From: Adineta vaga
Lineage: Eukaryota; Animalia; Rotifera
DNA length: 64,000 nucleotides
Direction: 5' to 3'
NCBI GenBank assembly: GCA_021613535.1
Contig: CP075494.1
Span: 9,176,001 to 9,240,000, forward strand
Shown here: positions 53,765 to 64,000 of the stretch, one piece after another
How the letters are laid out: each line of letters begins with the position of its first letter
How positions within the stretch are numbered: position 1 is the first letter of the stretch
Notes under the pieces: model-generated
What the model saw: only the letters and a program-made list of their open reading frames with translations
Database searches by the model: none
Told to the model about the DNA's origin: nothing
Program-made: the position numbers and the translations under genes

Positions 53765-54304
53765 TCATTGCTGATAATTATCCAATGCTTGACGACGCCA
53801 TTTAATACGACGATTTTGAAACCAAATCTTAGAGAAGAAAAAGATAGAACAATATGAAGATTTACAAAAGAATTTCAAGATAAATTTTACTTTGATTTGT
53901 GCTTCACTTAGATCAAGTTTCTTTGCCAGATGTGATCGTTCATTTCCAACCATATATTGTTGTTTTTCAAATTCTTCTTCAAGTCTTTCTAATTGTTCAG
54001 TAGTAAATATTGTTCGAATACGTTTTGATTTTCGCTGAATAGTTGAATGTTCAGAGTCATATGAAGATGAAAGAGTAAGATTTTCATTTGTTTTCAATTG
54101 ATTGAAAAGAGCATAAGAAGAAATAGGTGATGATGTACAAAAAGATGAAGATGATTCTAATTGAACGTGACCATCATCACTTGAACCATCTTCGGTATCG
54201 TCAATGTAACTGGAATTATTTGTTGGTTTCAATAAAGAATCAATATCGAATGCACATTTTTTAATAATTCGTTTTGGACTATGAAGATGCAATCTAAAAA
54301 TCAT
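53765..54304 (-). CDS. Noto: Not/Noto-class homeobox transcription factor (63-nt intron 53828-53890 in helix 3)
   Basis: eh1 motif AFDIDSLL; homeodomain [45 protein letters not shown]|[13 protein letters not shown]. Confidence 0.88.
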   Translation of the reverse strand: MIFRLHLHSPKRIIKKCAFDIDSLLKPTNNSSYIDDTEDGSSDDGHVQLESSSSFCTSSPISSYALFNQLKTNENLTLSSSYDSEHSTIQRKSKRIRTIFTTEQLERLEEEFEKQQYMVGNERSHLAKKLDLSEAQIKVKFILKFFCKSSYCSIFFFSKIWFQNRRIKWRRQALDNYQQ

Positions 54305-55031
54305 ATCTCGATGATTATTTATTTTGAAAAAAGGAAATTTTCAATAGATAAATACCTCTTCAGTTGTTGTGATTGAATACGTTTTCCATTAGGAGATAGA
54401 TAGATCGAAGAGACTGGTACATTGAACATTGTTTTTAATTCGAATACAGAAAAATGTTAAATGTCGATCATTAAATACGAGTGTTTTCTTCTTTATTCGT
54501 TGTCATCGATTGGTCATTATTCGTTAAGATGAAAAACATAATGACCAATGATGACGTAATCCGGAAAAGAAAAAGAGAGAAAAATCATATTCGATGCGAT
54601 CTATATCTGATAAAACATTGAATAACTGTTTCAATCCAATGAAAAGTTCTAAAGATTATTAAAATTCTTCGAAATAATCTGCTGATTTACCAACTACTTT
54701 TTATCCACATTAATCAGTTTCAAATCAAAACAAACAAACAAGTGTAAGTAGTCTGATTAACGATTGACATTATCTATCTGTCAGTAATCCAACATGATTT
54801 TTGCTTTTCATTTCTGATACAATCTGATCTTCAATAAGATATTTTCTGATTAAACAGCTTACGATCAATCATATCATCCAAAGTCAATTATTTCTCTATG
54901 CGGCAGATTATTACATGTTTCGTTTTATTTTATCTTTCACACATTGATTTAAAAAAAGTGAAATTAAGTTTTTTTTTTTAAATTTTATTTTGTTTTTAAA
55001 CTAATGACACTAGAATAAGAGAAAAAAGAAA

Positions 55032-55753
55032 CTAATGTTGACGAATTTCATCGATACCGATGGTAATAAGTAAAATAATAGCAGGATCTTGATTAGCTTC
55101 GATTTTAACACTGTATGTATCATGAACATGAAAATGTTTCTTATGAATTTCGGCAACCTAAAATAACAAGTTCATTAACATATGAGAAATCCAAAACAAA
55201 CAAATATGTTCACATACTTTACGACCATTCTTTTTAATTGAAAATGTTCGACTACCAATATTTCCTGTGATACGATAAGTTCCATATTTAGTTGATTTTA
55301 ATTTATAAGAATCATGAATGAGTGATGGACGATGTCTTAATGTTCCAATAGTATCACCAGATCGTGGATCATAAATATTCCATCTAAAGAAATGGAATAG
55401 TATACGATTTAGATTGTTGTTTGAAGCTTACTTTTGATAGAGATGACCTAATTTATGTTTGAATTCAAAAAGTGGTTGACCATTATCGAGAAAAATAAGT
55501 TTTTTGCCAAGACTTAATAATTCATTTTGAATTGAAAAACGATTAACATTATCGCCTGTAGCTGATTTGCCAACTTCGCTTATTCTAAATGAATATAAAT
55601 GATTAGAAAATAAAATCACAACAAACAAAAAACAAACGTATAACTTCGGCCATTGTTCAATAAACTACCTTGTTTGATTTCATATTCCCGTTCGGGTTTG
55701 AAATTAGCAGAGATAGTACCAATAAATAAAAATAATAGAATTAACTTCGACAT
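55032..55753 (-). CDS. LURP-one-related (LOR, tubby-like/scramblase fold) protein with signal peptide, 4 exons
   Basis: Spliced MSKLILLFLFIGTISA-NFKPEREYEIKQ...SLGKKLIFLDNGQPLFEFKHKL...YRITGNIGSRTFSIKKNGRKVAEIHKKHFHVHDTYSVKIEANQDPAIILLITIGIDEIRQH*; the C-terminus is a typical LOR ending. Confidence 0.8.
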
Positions 55754-56002
55754 TTTTCTAATTTATTAAAAAAAATTCGAATAAATTTTCAAGGAGAAAA
55801 AGTACATGCACTCGATACTCACAAGACGTAAAGTGCACGAAATGATGTCCTGAACACGTATTTTACTTCGTCTTTTATACATATTTACATAATAGACGAG
55901 ACGAAAACACGACTATAATCGATGGCCTCGATAACAATACAGAGATAACAAAGTTCTCTTTATAAAGAAGAAAAAAGAAAGAAAATTAAAACATGTGTTT
56001 AT

Positions 56003-57282
56003 TTATGCATTGGAAGAAATCGATGACTGACTATAAACATCTAATGCTAATTTCAATCGATTAATTGCTTCATTAATCCATTTTTCGCGAACAGAAAATA
56101 TAATACGAAACCATCCTGGCTGAGAACATCCAAGAAAAGAACCTGAAGCCATGTAAACACCATGATCGAAGATGATTTGAAATAATCGTCGTTCTTCTTG
56201 AAATGTATCAGCATGTAATAGTAAATGAAAATCACTCCATAAAAAAAATCCTGCTCCAGATTGTGAACAACAATACGTTCGTCTAATTCTTCAACTTTTG
56301 CTTTGATCTTTTCATATTGTCTTGTTAAACGTGAACGATTTAGTTTTATATACGAATCAAGCCATAATTGATCAGAAAAAAGAACCATTGCAATTTCTTG
56401 AACGATAGTTGACGGAACTTGAAGAAAATTAATTATTGCTGCACAAGAACATAAAACATCTGATCCAGCATAGAGTACACCTAAACGTAAACCACTCAAA
56501 GCAAAATCTTTACTCAATGACCAAACAAAATGTGTACGTTGAGGATCAATAATTGATGTATAATTTAATATCGATTGAAATGGTTTTTCATTTTCATAAA
56601 CACTTAATGCATAGATTTCATCAATAATAACATGTAATTGTTTTTCTGCAGCAAATTCTAATATCGGTTGAATCGTTCGTTCATCATAGATATCACCTGT
56701 TGGATTGTGTGGATTAACAAGAATAATTCCACAAGGATGAAGACCTTGTTTTATAGCTTGATCATAACCATGTCTGAAAATTTCGACCGACAAAATGAAT
56801 TTACCTGTGCTTTGTTCAAGTAATGGACATCGAAATGTTGCACAATTTGCAAGTGCTGAAACATCATGGTCAAAAGCTGTATAATAAGGAGATGCAATGA
56901 GTAAGACATCATCTCTGTTTCCAATAATATAACTAAGTAATGACATAACACCACTTAAACCACTTGAAATGAGCATTCGATCAGGATTTAACTGATAATT
57001 CAGATGAAAAATATTTTGAAAAAATTTACATAAAGTTTGTCGAAATGAAAGAAGACCCAATGAATTTGGATAATATATATGAGTTGTATTCCAAACTTGA
57101 ATCGATTGAAGTTTTGAGACTAATTCATTTTCACATAAATAATTTTCTGCTACACCCAAATTACATATACCATTAACATTGAATTCGTCATCGTATGTAT
57201 TCTTCTGAACGAGCATAAATTTATTCAATATTTCTGATATACATTCACTTTTTTCTTGGGCACGAATTGAAAGGGTATTCAT
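56003..57282 (-). pseudogene. ACC-synthase-like class I/II PLP aminotransferase, intronless, with 1-nt frameshift near 56260 (pseudogene allele or assembly error)
   Basis: NLGVAENYL, ILVNPHNPTG, IIDEIYALSVY and SLSKDFALSGLRLG (PLP Lys). The conserved ending GAGFFLWSDF...GVYMASG...CSQPGWFRIIFS lies in another frame, with stop at 56005-56003. Confidence 0.85.
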
Positions 57283-57626
57283 CGTTCGAATATCTTTGAA
57301 AGAGAATGAATGCTAAGACTCTGATTCTTATGAAAATAAGTATTGATGAAAAGAAAAGAAAAGATAAGATAAGATTAGCATTGAAATTAGATAAATGAGA
57401 GTATAGGTATCAAATATCTAATCTATTTGAAATTTTGATTGATTGTATACGGTGATACATCTTTCTTTTTTTCTCTCTTTATTTTTGATTTTAATCACTG
57501 AAAGTGAAGTATCTCGTTTTTCATTTCTAATCCTCAGAGAAATATATTTTCGGATTATTCTAAAGTTGAATGATGATGTGAAAAAGGAACACATTTTAAA
57601 GATGGAAAATGTATCGATCTAATTGG

Positions 57627-57637
57627 AGCGACATCTA
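57627..57637 (-). promoter_or_regulatory. recurrent TAGATGTCGCT motif, copy 3
   Basis: Exact 11-mer in the intergenic region upstream of the ACC-synthase-like gene. Confidence 0.45.
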
Positions 57638-58009
57638 TCGTTGTTATTTTATAGGTCTTTGTCTGATTGTTTGAAATGACGAACTAATGAAAAAAATCGA
57701 TTCCTTTTCATTCATTCATTCCTTTTTTTCGCACAAATACATAGATATACACCGTATAAATTAAGATTAGTTACTTTTGCCTTTGTCTTTTACAAATTTT
57801 ATTAGTAAGTTTGTTTTATTTGATGTATTTTAAATGAGATAATGGGTAGAGAAAGTATGTTGTTTTCTAATGGTTTAGTTTAATATACGATTTATCTTTT
57901 GTTTACAATGTTTATTGTTTACTAATCTTGAAAAAGTACAATATATGTAAATAATTATCATCTCCTCGTCTTTTTAGTTTAATTTCGAAAGAAAGATTCT
58001 TTCTGTGAA

Positions 58010-59017
58010 TTAAAGAAAATGTGTTTCTCGTCGCTGTTCAATTTGTGCATTGTCCTTGGTGAATGTTTCTTCTCCATTACTTTCATAGCGTCTAAATTTC
58101 ATATCATTTTGTGGTAAATTCTGTGATGAACATGCTCGTGGAATTGGTTTGATGATAATTGATTGTTTCTTATTTGTACTGTCAACTAAAACAGATTGCT
58201 GAGCTGCTGTTGATCGTGATTGTACTGGTATAGAACGTAATTGTGATGATGATGATCTTGGTGTTGCTTGAACATATTGTATTGGTCCCGCTTGATATTG
58301 TTGTGGTTTTCTGTTCGATAATATATGTGGCATGGATATAGCTGGTTGCATCGTTGAAGCTGATGGTAAAGCAAGATTGGACTGATGAAGTGGTATTGAA
58401 GGTAAAACAAATGATTGTGCTTGACCTTGATTTGAACATGTAATAGCTGATGGTTGTTGTTGACATTGTACAGGTAGGAAAATAATTGGTTGTTGACCCG
58501 TTGCAGAACGTCTGGGACAAGAATGGGATCGTCGATAGTATCGTGAACATGAACTTATGGATGAGCATGTTGATAATGATGAACATGAATCAGATTCGAT
58601 GATATGAATAACTGGACGACAACGACGTGAACGTTGTCGATGATGAACACGTACTGGAGTACGATGACGTGGTTGAGAATGAAATCTTGGTTTATAGGAT
58701 GGATGTTGATTTGGCAAAAGATTTCTACTTGGACGAGAAATAGGAAGAGGAGCTGGTGGTTGTGGAAGATAGCCAGGTCCCGAGTTAGGATTTCCTGATG
58801 GTTGAAAAAAAGTGGGTGGTGGTTGTGGATACATATTTGGAGGCATGCCTGTTGATGGATTACCTCCCGTAGGTGGTATACGTGGATATACAGCTCCAGT
58901 AGCACCAGCAGAACCTGGTATATAGGATTGTGGTGTAATAGCTGGAAAAGGCCTTGCTGCCTGATTTTTTCTGCCTATCCCTGTTGATCCACCTACTGAT
59001 GATGATCGTCTACTTGA
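58010..59017 (-). CDS. Pro/Gln/Ser/Arg-rich orphan protein; frame stays open upstream of ATG 58846 to a splice acceptor at 59018-59019
   Basis: 278 aa ORF plus 57 further open codons (SSRRSSSVGG...) up to TTTTCAG. Contains CRPVIHIIESDSCSSLSTCSSISSCS. Confidence 0.65.
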   Translation of the reverse strand, partial: SSRRSSSVGGSTGIGRKNQAARPFPAITPQSYIPGSAGATGAVYPRIPPTGGNPSTGMPPNMYPQPPPTFFQPSGNPNSGPGYLPQPPAPLPISRPSRNLLPNQHPSYKPRFHSQPRHRTPVRVHHRQRSRRCRPVIHIIESDSCSSLSTCSSISSCSRYYRRSHSCPRRSATGQQPIIFLPVQCQQQPSAITCSNQGQAQSFVLPSIPLHQSNLALPSASTMQPAISMPHILSNRKPQQYQAGPIQYVQATPRSSSSQLRSIPVQSRSTAAQQSVLVDSTNKKQSIIIKPIPRACSSQNLPQNDMKFRRYESNGEETFTKDNAQIEQRRETHFL

Positions 59018-59072
59018 CTGAAAATAGATTAAACAGTATGTGTTTTAGTTTAATATTTTAGATAAATCAAAA

Positions 59073-62000
59073 ATGGCATCTGTGGATGATAATTCCACTT
59101 CTGTCATTGTTATTAATCCAACTGAACTCGAGCATCTTCGAGCCAATGTTCTTAAATCTCAAATAGCTACTTATCGTTTACTTGCTCGGAATTTACCTGT
59201 GTCAGATTCGTTACTCCAGTCATGTTCATACAAAGCCCAATTAGCAAATTTAGTTCAAACTCATTTTCAAGAACAACAACAGCAAGAAGAAGAAGAAGGA
59301 TCTCAATCATCAAAACCAACGGCAATTGTTCTTGAAACAAATCAGAATGATAAAGATTCATCCTTAACATTTTCATCAGCAACAACTATGTATCGATGGT
59401 TAGTAGGATCGAATGAAATAAATAAAAACAATGAAGATGATAATCCAACGCGTATCCATCAACATCCAATTGGTCTTAATCCATTGTATGTTCAGCAAGA
59501 ACGAGAAAAACGGTAAAATAAACATCAAACGAATAACTAGAAATTTATCTTTTTTTTTCATTTCAGTGTTCTTAATCGTATTTCTAATCGTCTTCAAGAA
59601 CTTGAACAAATGCCAGCACAAATGAGTGTTGATTTACGAACACAAGCATTAATCGAATTGAAATCATTGAAATTACTTCAATTTCAAAAACAACTTCGTG
59701 GTGAAGTTCTTAATACAATGAAGGTTTGTTACTATTCAATTTTTTTCTCCTATTCATACATGTTTTCTTTTACTTTGTGCAATATAGAAAGATACTTTAA
59801 TTCAAACAGCTCTCAATCCTCGTGCATATAAACGTCCTAAACGTCATCATCTTCGTGAAGCACGTGCTACTGAACAGTACGAACGTCAACGTAAAATTGA
59901 AATTGAACAACGACAACGTGCCAAACATCATGATTTTCTCAATGCTGTTCAAAATCATGCACGTGAATTTCGAGAATATCATCGTCAATATGCATTAACA
60001 ACAACGCGAATGAGTAAAGCTATTCAAATCTATTTTGCCAATAGTGAACGAGAATTACTCAAAGAAAAAGAACGTAAAGAAAAAGAACGTATCAAACGTT
60101 TAATGAATGAAGACGAAGAAGGTTATCGAAAATTGATTGATGAAAAGAAAGATGCACGTTTATCATTATTATTATCACAAACTGATGCATATATTGATAA
60201 TTTGAAACAATTAGTTCGACAACATCAACAAGCCAATCGTTCTCGAGGACGACCAGCAAAAACTCTTTCAGATAAACCTGAAGAATCTGTCACGACAGTT
60301 GTTAATCCACCAGCAGTAACAACAACGATAAAGGAAGAAGCAAAACCACCGTAAGTTTTATTGACATTTATCTATCAATGGAACGAGTAGTATATCACTG
60401 ATCTGTTCATACGCAATTGAATATTATAGAACTAAAAATATAATTTTTTTTCTTTTTGTTTAGCGAAAATGTTGATCAAACTGGTAATGATGAAGCTATC
60501 CGTGATGCTGTTAAAATAGCCGCTACTAATGAAGATGATGAATATGATGCTAAAGAATCTTATTACTCCATTGCACATCGTATTCGTGAGCCAATTACAG
60601 AACAATCAAAAATGCTTGTTGGTGGACAACTTAAACCATATCAATTGCAAGGTCTTGAATGGCTTGTTTCATTATATAATAATAATTTAAATGGTATTCT
60701 TGCCGATGAGATGGGTTTAGGAAAAACAATTCAAACAATCGCTTTACTTGTACATTTAATTGATTATAAGAAAAATCCTGGACCATCATTGATTATTGTA
60801 CCATTATCTACCTTATCGAATTGGGCTTCAGAATTTCAACGTTGGGCACCTGAAGTTGGTGTTATTCAATATAAAGGTTTACCACATGTACGTAAAATGC
60901 TTGGACAAACAATACGTACAAGTCGTTTTAATGTTTTATTAACTACTTATGAATATATTATGCGTGATCGTTCAATTTTATCCAAAGTACCTTGGAAATA
61001 TTTAATTGTTGACGAAGGTCACCGAATGAAAAATCATCATTGTAAATTAACACAAATTTTAAATACATATTATAATCATGCTTCTCATCGATTATTATTA
61101 ACTGGTACACCATTACAAAATAATCTTCCCGAATTATGGGCACTGTTGAATTTTATTCTACCGACAATATTCAAATCTGCAACAACATTTACTGATTGGT
61201 TCAATGCACCATTTGCAACTTTACCAAGTGAAAAAGTTGAATTAAATCATGAAGAAACGTTATTAATTATTCGACGTTTACATAAAGTTTTACGACCATT
61301 TCTTTTACGACGACTTAAAAAAGAAGTCGAATCACAATTGCCTGAAAAGGTCAGTAATTTCTTCAAATATGATTTCTCATACAATCTTATTCTATCATTA
61401 GGTTGAATATATTATTAAATGTGAATTATCTGCATTACAACGTTGTCTTTATCATGCAATGTCAAAAAATCGTACATTGATTATTGAAAATCAAAATGGC
61501 AAAGGTGGTCGTCGTGCTTTGATGAATAAATTAATGCAATTACGTAAAATTTGTAATCATCCATTTCTTTTCGGAGAGATTGAGGATCGATTAGCTCAAT
61601 CATTTGGACATAAAAATGGTATTATTGATGGACCGGATCTATTTCGTGTGTCGGGTAAATTTGAATTACTTGATCGTATTCTACCAAAATTAAAAGCAAG
61701 TGGACATAAAATTTTACTGTTTTGTCAAATGACAGCTGTTATGGATTTACTAGAAGTTTATTTTTCTTATCGTAATTATACATATTTACGATTAGATGGT
61801 ACAACAAAAGCTGATGATCGATGTGATTTATTATTACGTTTTAATGATGATAGTACGAGTTGTTTCATCTTTTTACTTTCAACACGTGCTGGTGGTGTTG
61901 GTTTGAATTTACAAAAGGCCGATACGGTTATTTTATTTGATTCAGATTGGAATCCACATCAAGATCAACAAGCACAAGATCGTGCACATCGTATTGGACA

Positions 62001-63787
62001 AAAGAATGAAGTACGAGTTTTACGTTTAATGACGGTGAATACAGTCGAAGAAAAGATCTTAGCATGTGCAAGATATAAATTGAATGTCGATGAAAAAGTT
62101 ATTCAAGCTGGCATGTTTAACCGATCATCAACATCGAGTGAACGACATGATTATTTGGAACAACTTATCGAAGGAGATGATGAATGTAAAGATGATGATG
62201 AAGATATTCCAGATGATGAAATTCTCAACCAAGTAAGTTCTATTTCTTTCACAGAATTCATAGATAATTTTCTTTGATAGATGATTGCTCGAACTGAAAG
62301 TGAATTCAATCTATTCAATCGTATGGATGTTGCACGACGAGAATACGAAGCATTACATGGTGTGGGTAGTGGTGGTGATGGTGCAAGCGAACGTCGTAAT
62401 TGGAAATTAGCTTCTGCTGTACCGGCAGTAACGAACGCTGATAATAAACCAATTACACCTCGAGTTAAACGTCTGAAGAAAGAAAGCGATAATGAGGACT
62501 ATCGATCCAACAACAAAAACGCTGTCGAAAGAAAAGTATGAGATATTTTTCTCGTTATTTATATCGAATTTTGTTTTCTTTAGTAAATCAACGACAGAAT
62601 TTATGGATCAAAGTGATGATGAAGGTACTCGTGGTGGAGAAGAAACAACAACAACGACAACGAATGATGAAATAACGCCTTCCCCATTGGATGATCTTGA
62701 AGATGAAGAAGATCTCGATTTTTCACAAGCGACACCAAGTGTTCATCGTAGAATGAAACTTAATCGTCTTATTACAGAAGATGAATTACCTGATTGGTTA
62801 AAGAATGATGTTGAAGAAGTGGAAAAAACTCTTGAAATTGATGAAGATCTTGGTAAAGGTCATCGACAACGTAAAGATGTTGATTATAGTGATAATTTAA
62901 CTGAACGAGAATTTCTTCAAGCACTCGAAGAAGGCAATCTAGATGATGCTGTTGAACAAAAACGTATTCGAAAACAATCACGAAAAAGTGTATTAGTATC
63001 ATCACAAGATGACGATATTGATCTCGATGAAACCGAAGCACGTTCATCCTTCGATAATCCTTCAACACCAATGGCTAATCATCAAAACTTATCATCAAAA
63101 CGTGGTAGTGTCAAAAAACGTTTACAATCTGTTGATCCTAAAGTTGCACCACAATGTCGAGCAATTCTTGAACGTATCTTAGCTTATCGCACTGAAGATA
63201 ATCGACAATTAGCACAACCGTTTATACGTTTACCGGGTCAAAAACAATTACCGATCTATTATCAAACGATTGAAGATCCAATCGATTTTCAACGTATACG
63301 AAGGAAAATTGATACATATCGTTATTCACATTTAGATGAATTTCAAGCAGATGTTGAATTATTAGTACAAAATGCTCAAACATTCAATTGTGAAACTTCA
63401 TTAATTTTCGAAGATTCAATTTTAATTGGAAAAGTTTATAAAGATCTACGTCAACAGTTAGATGCTGGTCTGATTGAAATACCATCCAATGAATCACCAT
63501 CAGCAGCAGCAGCAACATTACAACCACCAACTACAAACACAACAGAAACAGAAACAGAAACAATAACAACAACTCCTCGTACATCGGGACGACGAGGTCG
63601 TAGTACACGAACACCGATCACACCCGTAACAACGAATGGAGAAGTATCCAAACGTGGACGAAAAAGAAAAGTAACGGTTATTAAAGATGATGATGAATCA
63701 GAAGAAGAGCAACAGCAACAACAACAACAACAACAAACCCAACATACATCCGAAGAAGAACATGAAAATGGAGAAGTCGAACAATAA
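59073..63787 (+). CDS. brm: SWI/SNF ATPase Brahma/BRG1 (SMARCA2/4) family: QLQ-like, HSA, SNF2 ATPase, SnAC, bromodomain
   Basis: [17 protein letters not shown]; [23 protein letters not shown]; [11 protein letters not shown]; [14 protein letters not shown]; [14 protein letters not shown]; [11 protein letters not shown]; [18 protein letters not shown]; bromodomain [11 protein letters not shown]...NAQTFN. Confidence 0.96.
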
Positions 63788-64000
63788 TTGTTATATAAAT
63801 ATAAATATATATATATATCTGTATATCTCTTTTTTTCTCTCTCTTTTCTCTTTATGTTAACTATGTGTCTGTAATTGTCAAGGACAAAAATGAATAAATC
63901 CATGAAGTGAAATATTGTGTTAGTTTTTCTCATTCGTGATCTTACCCGATTTCCCATCTTGCACGTTCAGATCGATCGAAGAAACTATCAACCAACTAAT

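Noticed and set aside
63451-63957. 168 aa minus-strand ORF with poly-Cys
   Set aside because: Antisense shadow of the Brahma poly-Gln/Thr tail; no splice or domain support.

Overview
AT-rich, gene-dense eukaryotic (animal) DNA with about 26 protein-coding genes, most split by very short (about 50-65 nt) GT-AG introns. Compactness, intron size and the mix of bilaterian genes with apparently foreign genes point to a bdelloid rotifer (Adineta/Rotaria-like); this is an inference. Genes in order: 3' end of Munc18/Sec1; orphan multi-TM protein; WSC-mucin-KIAA1549-like receptor whose last intron is filled by an antisense, intronless plant/algal-type pfkB kinase; C24-sterol methyltransferase with tandem SRE-like motifs upstream; VAChT; C2H2 zinc-finger protein; HAP40/F8A1; BTG/Tob; TSC22; CCZ1; CCDC113-like; alpha/beta hydrolase; orphan TM protein; His/Pro-rich protein; INTS9; YIPF3; ANKRD11/12; NDUFA13; CCR4/CNOT6; EGF-TM protein; Noto homeobox; secreted LURP-one-related protein; frameshifted ACC-synthase-like aminotransferase; Pro-rich orphan; and a Brahma/SMARCA2/4 ATPase. 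Best leads: (1) a hidden pair of in-frame exons in CCR4 encoding an 11-Cys tract plus a Tyr/Phe-rich segment, largely missed by the ORF track; (2) the nested pfkB gene; (3) the SRE-preceded sterol methyltransferase; (4) a recurrent CTCF-like promoter motif. No CRISPR arrays, rRNA, tRNA or intact transposons were recognised. All homology calls come from recalled motifs, not database searches.
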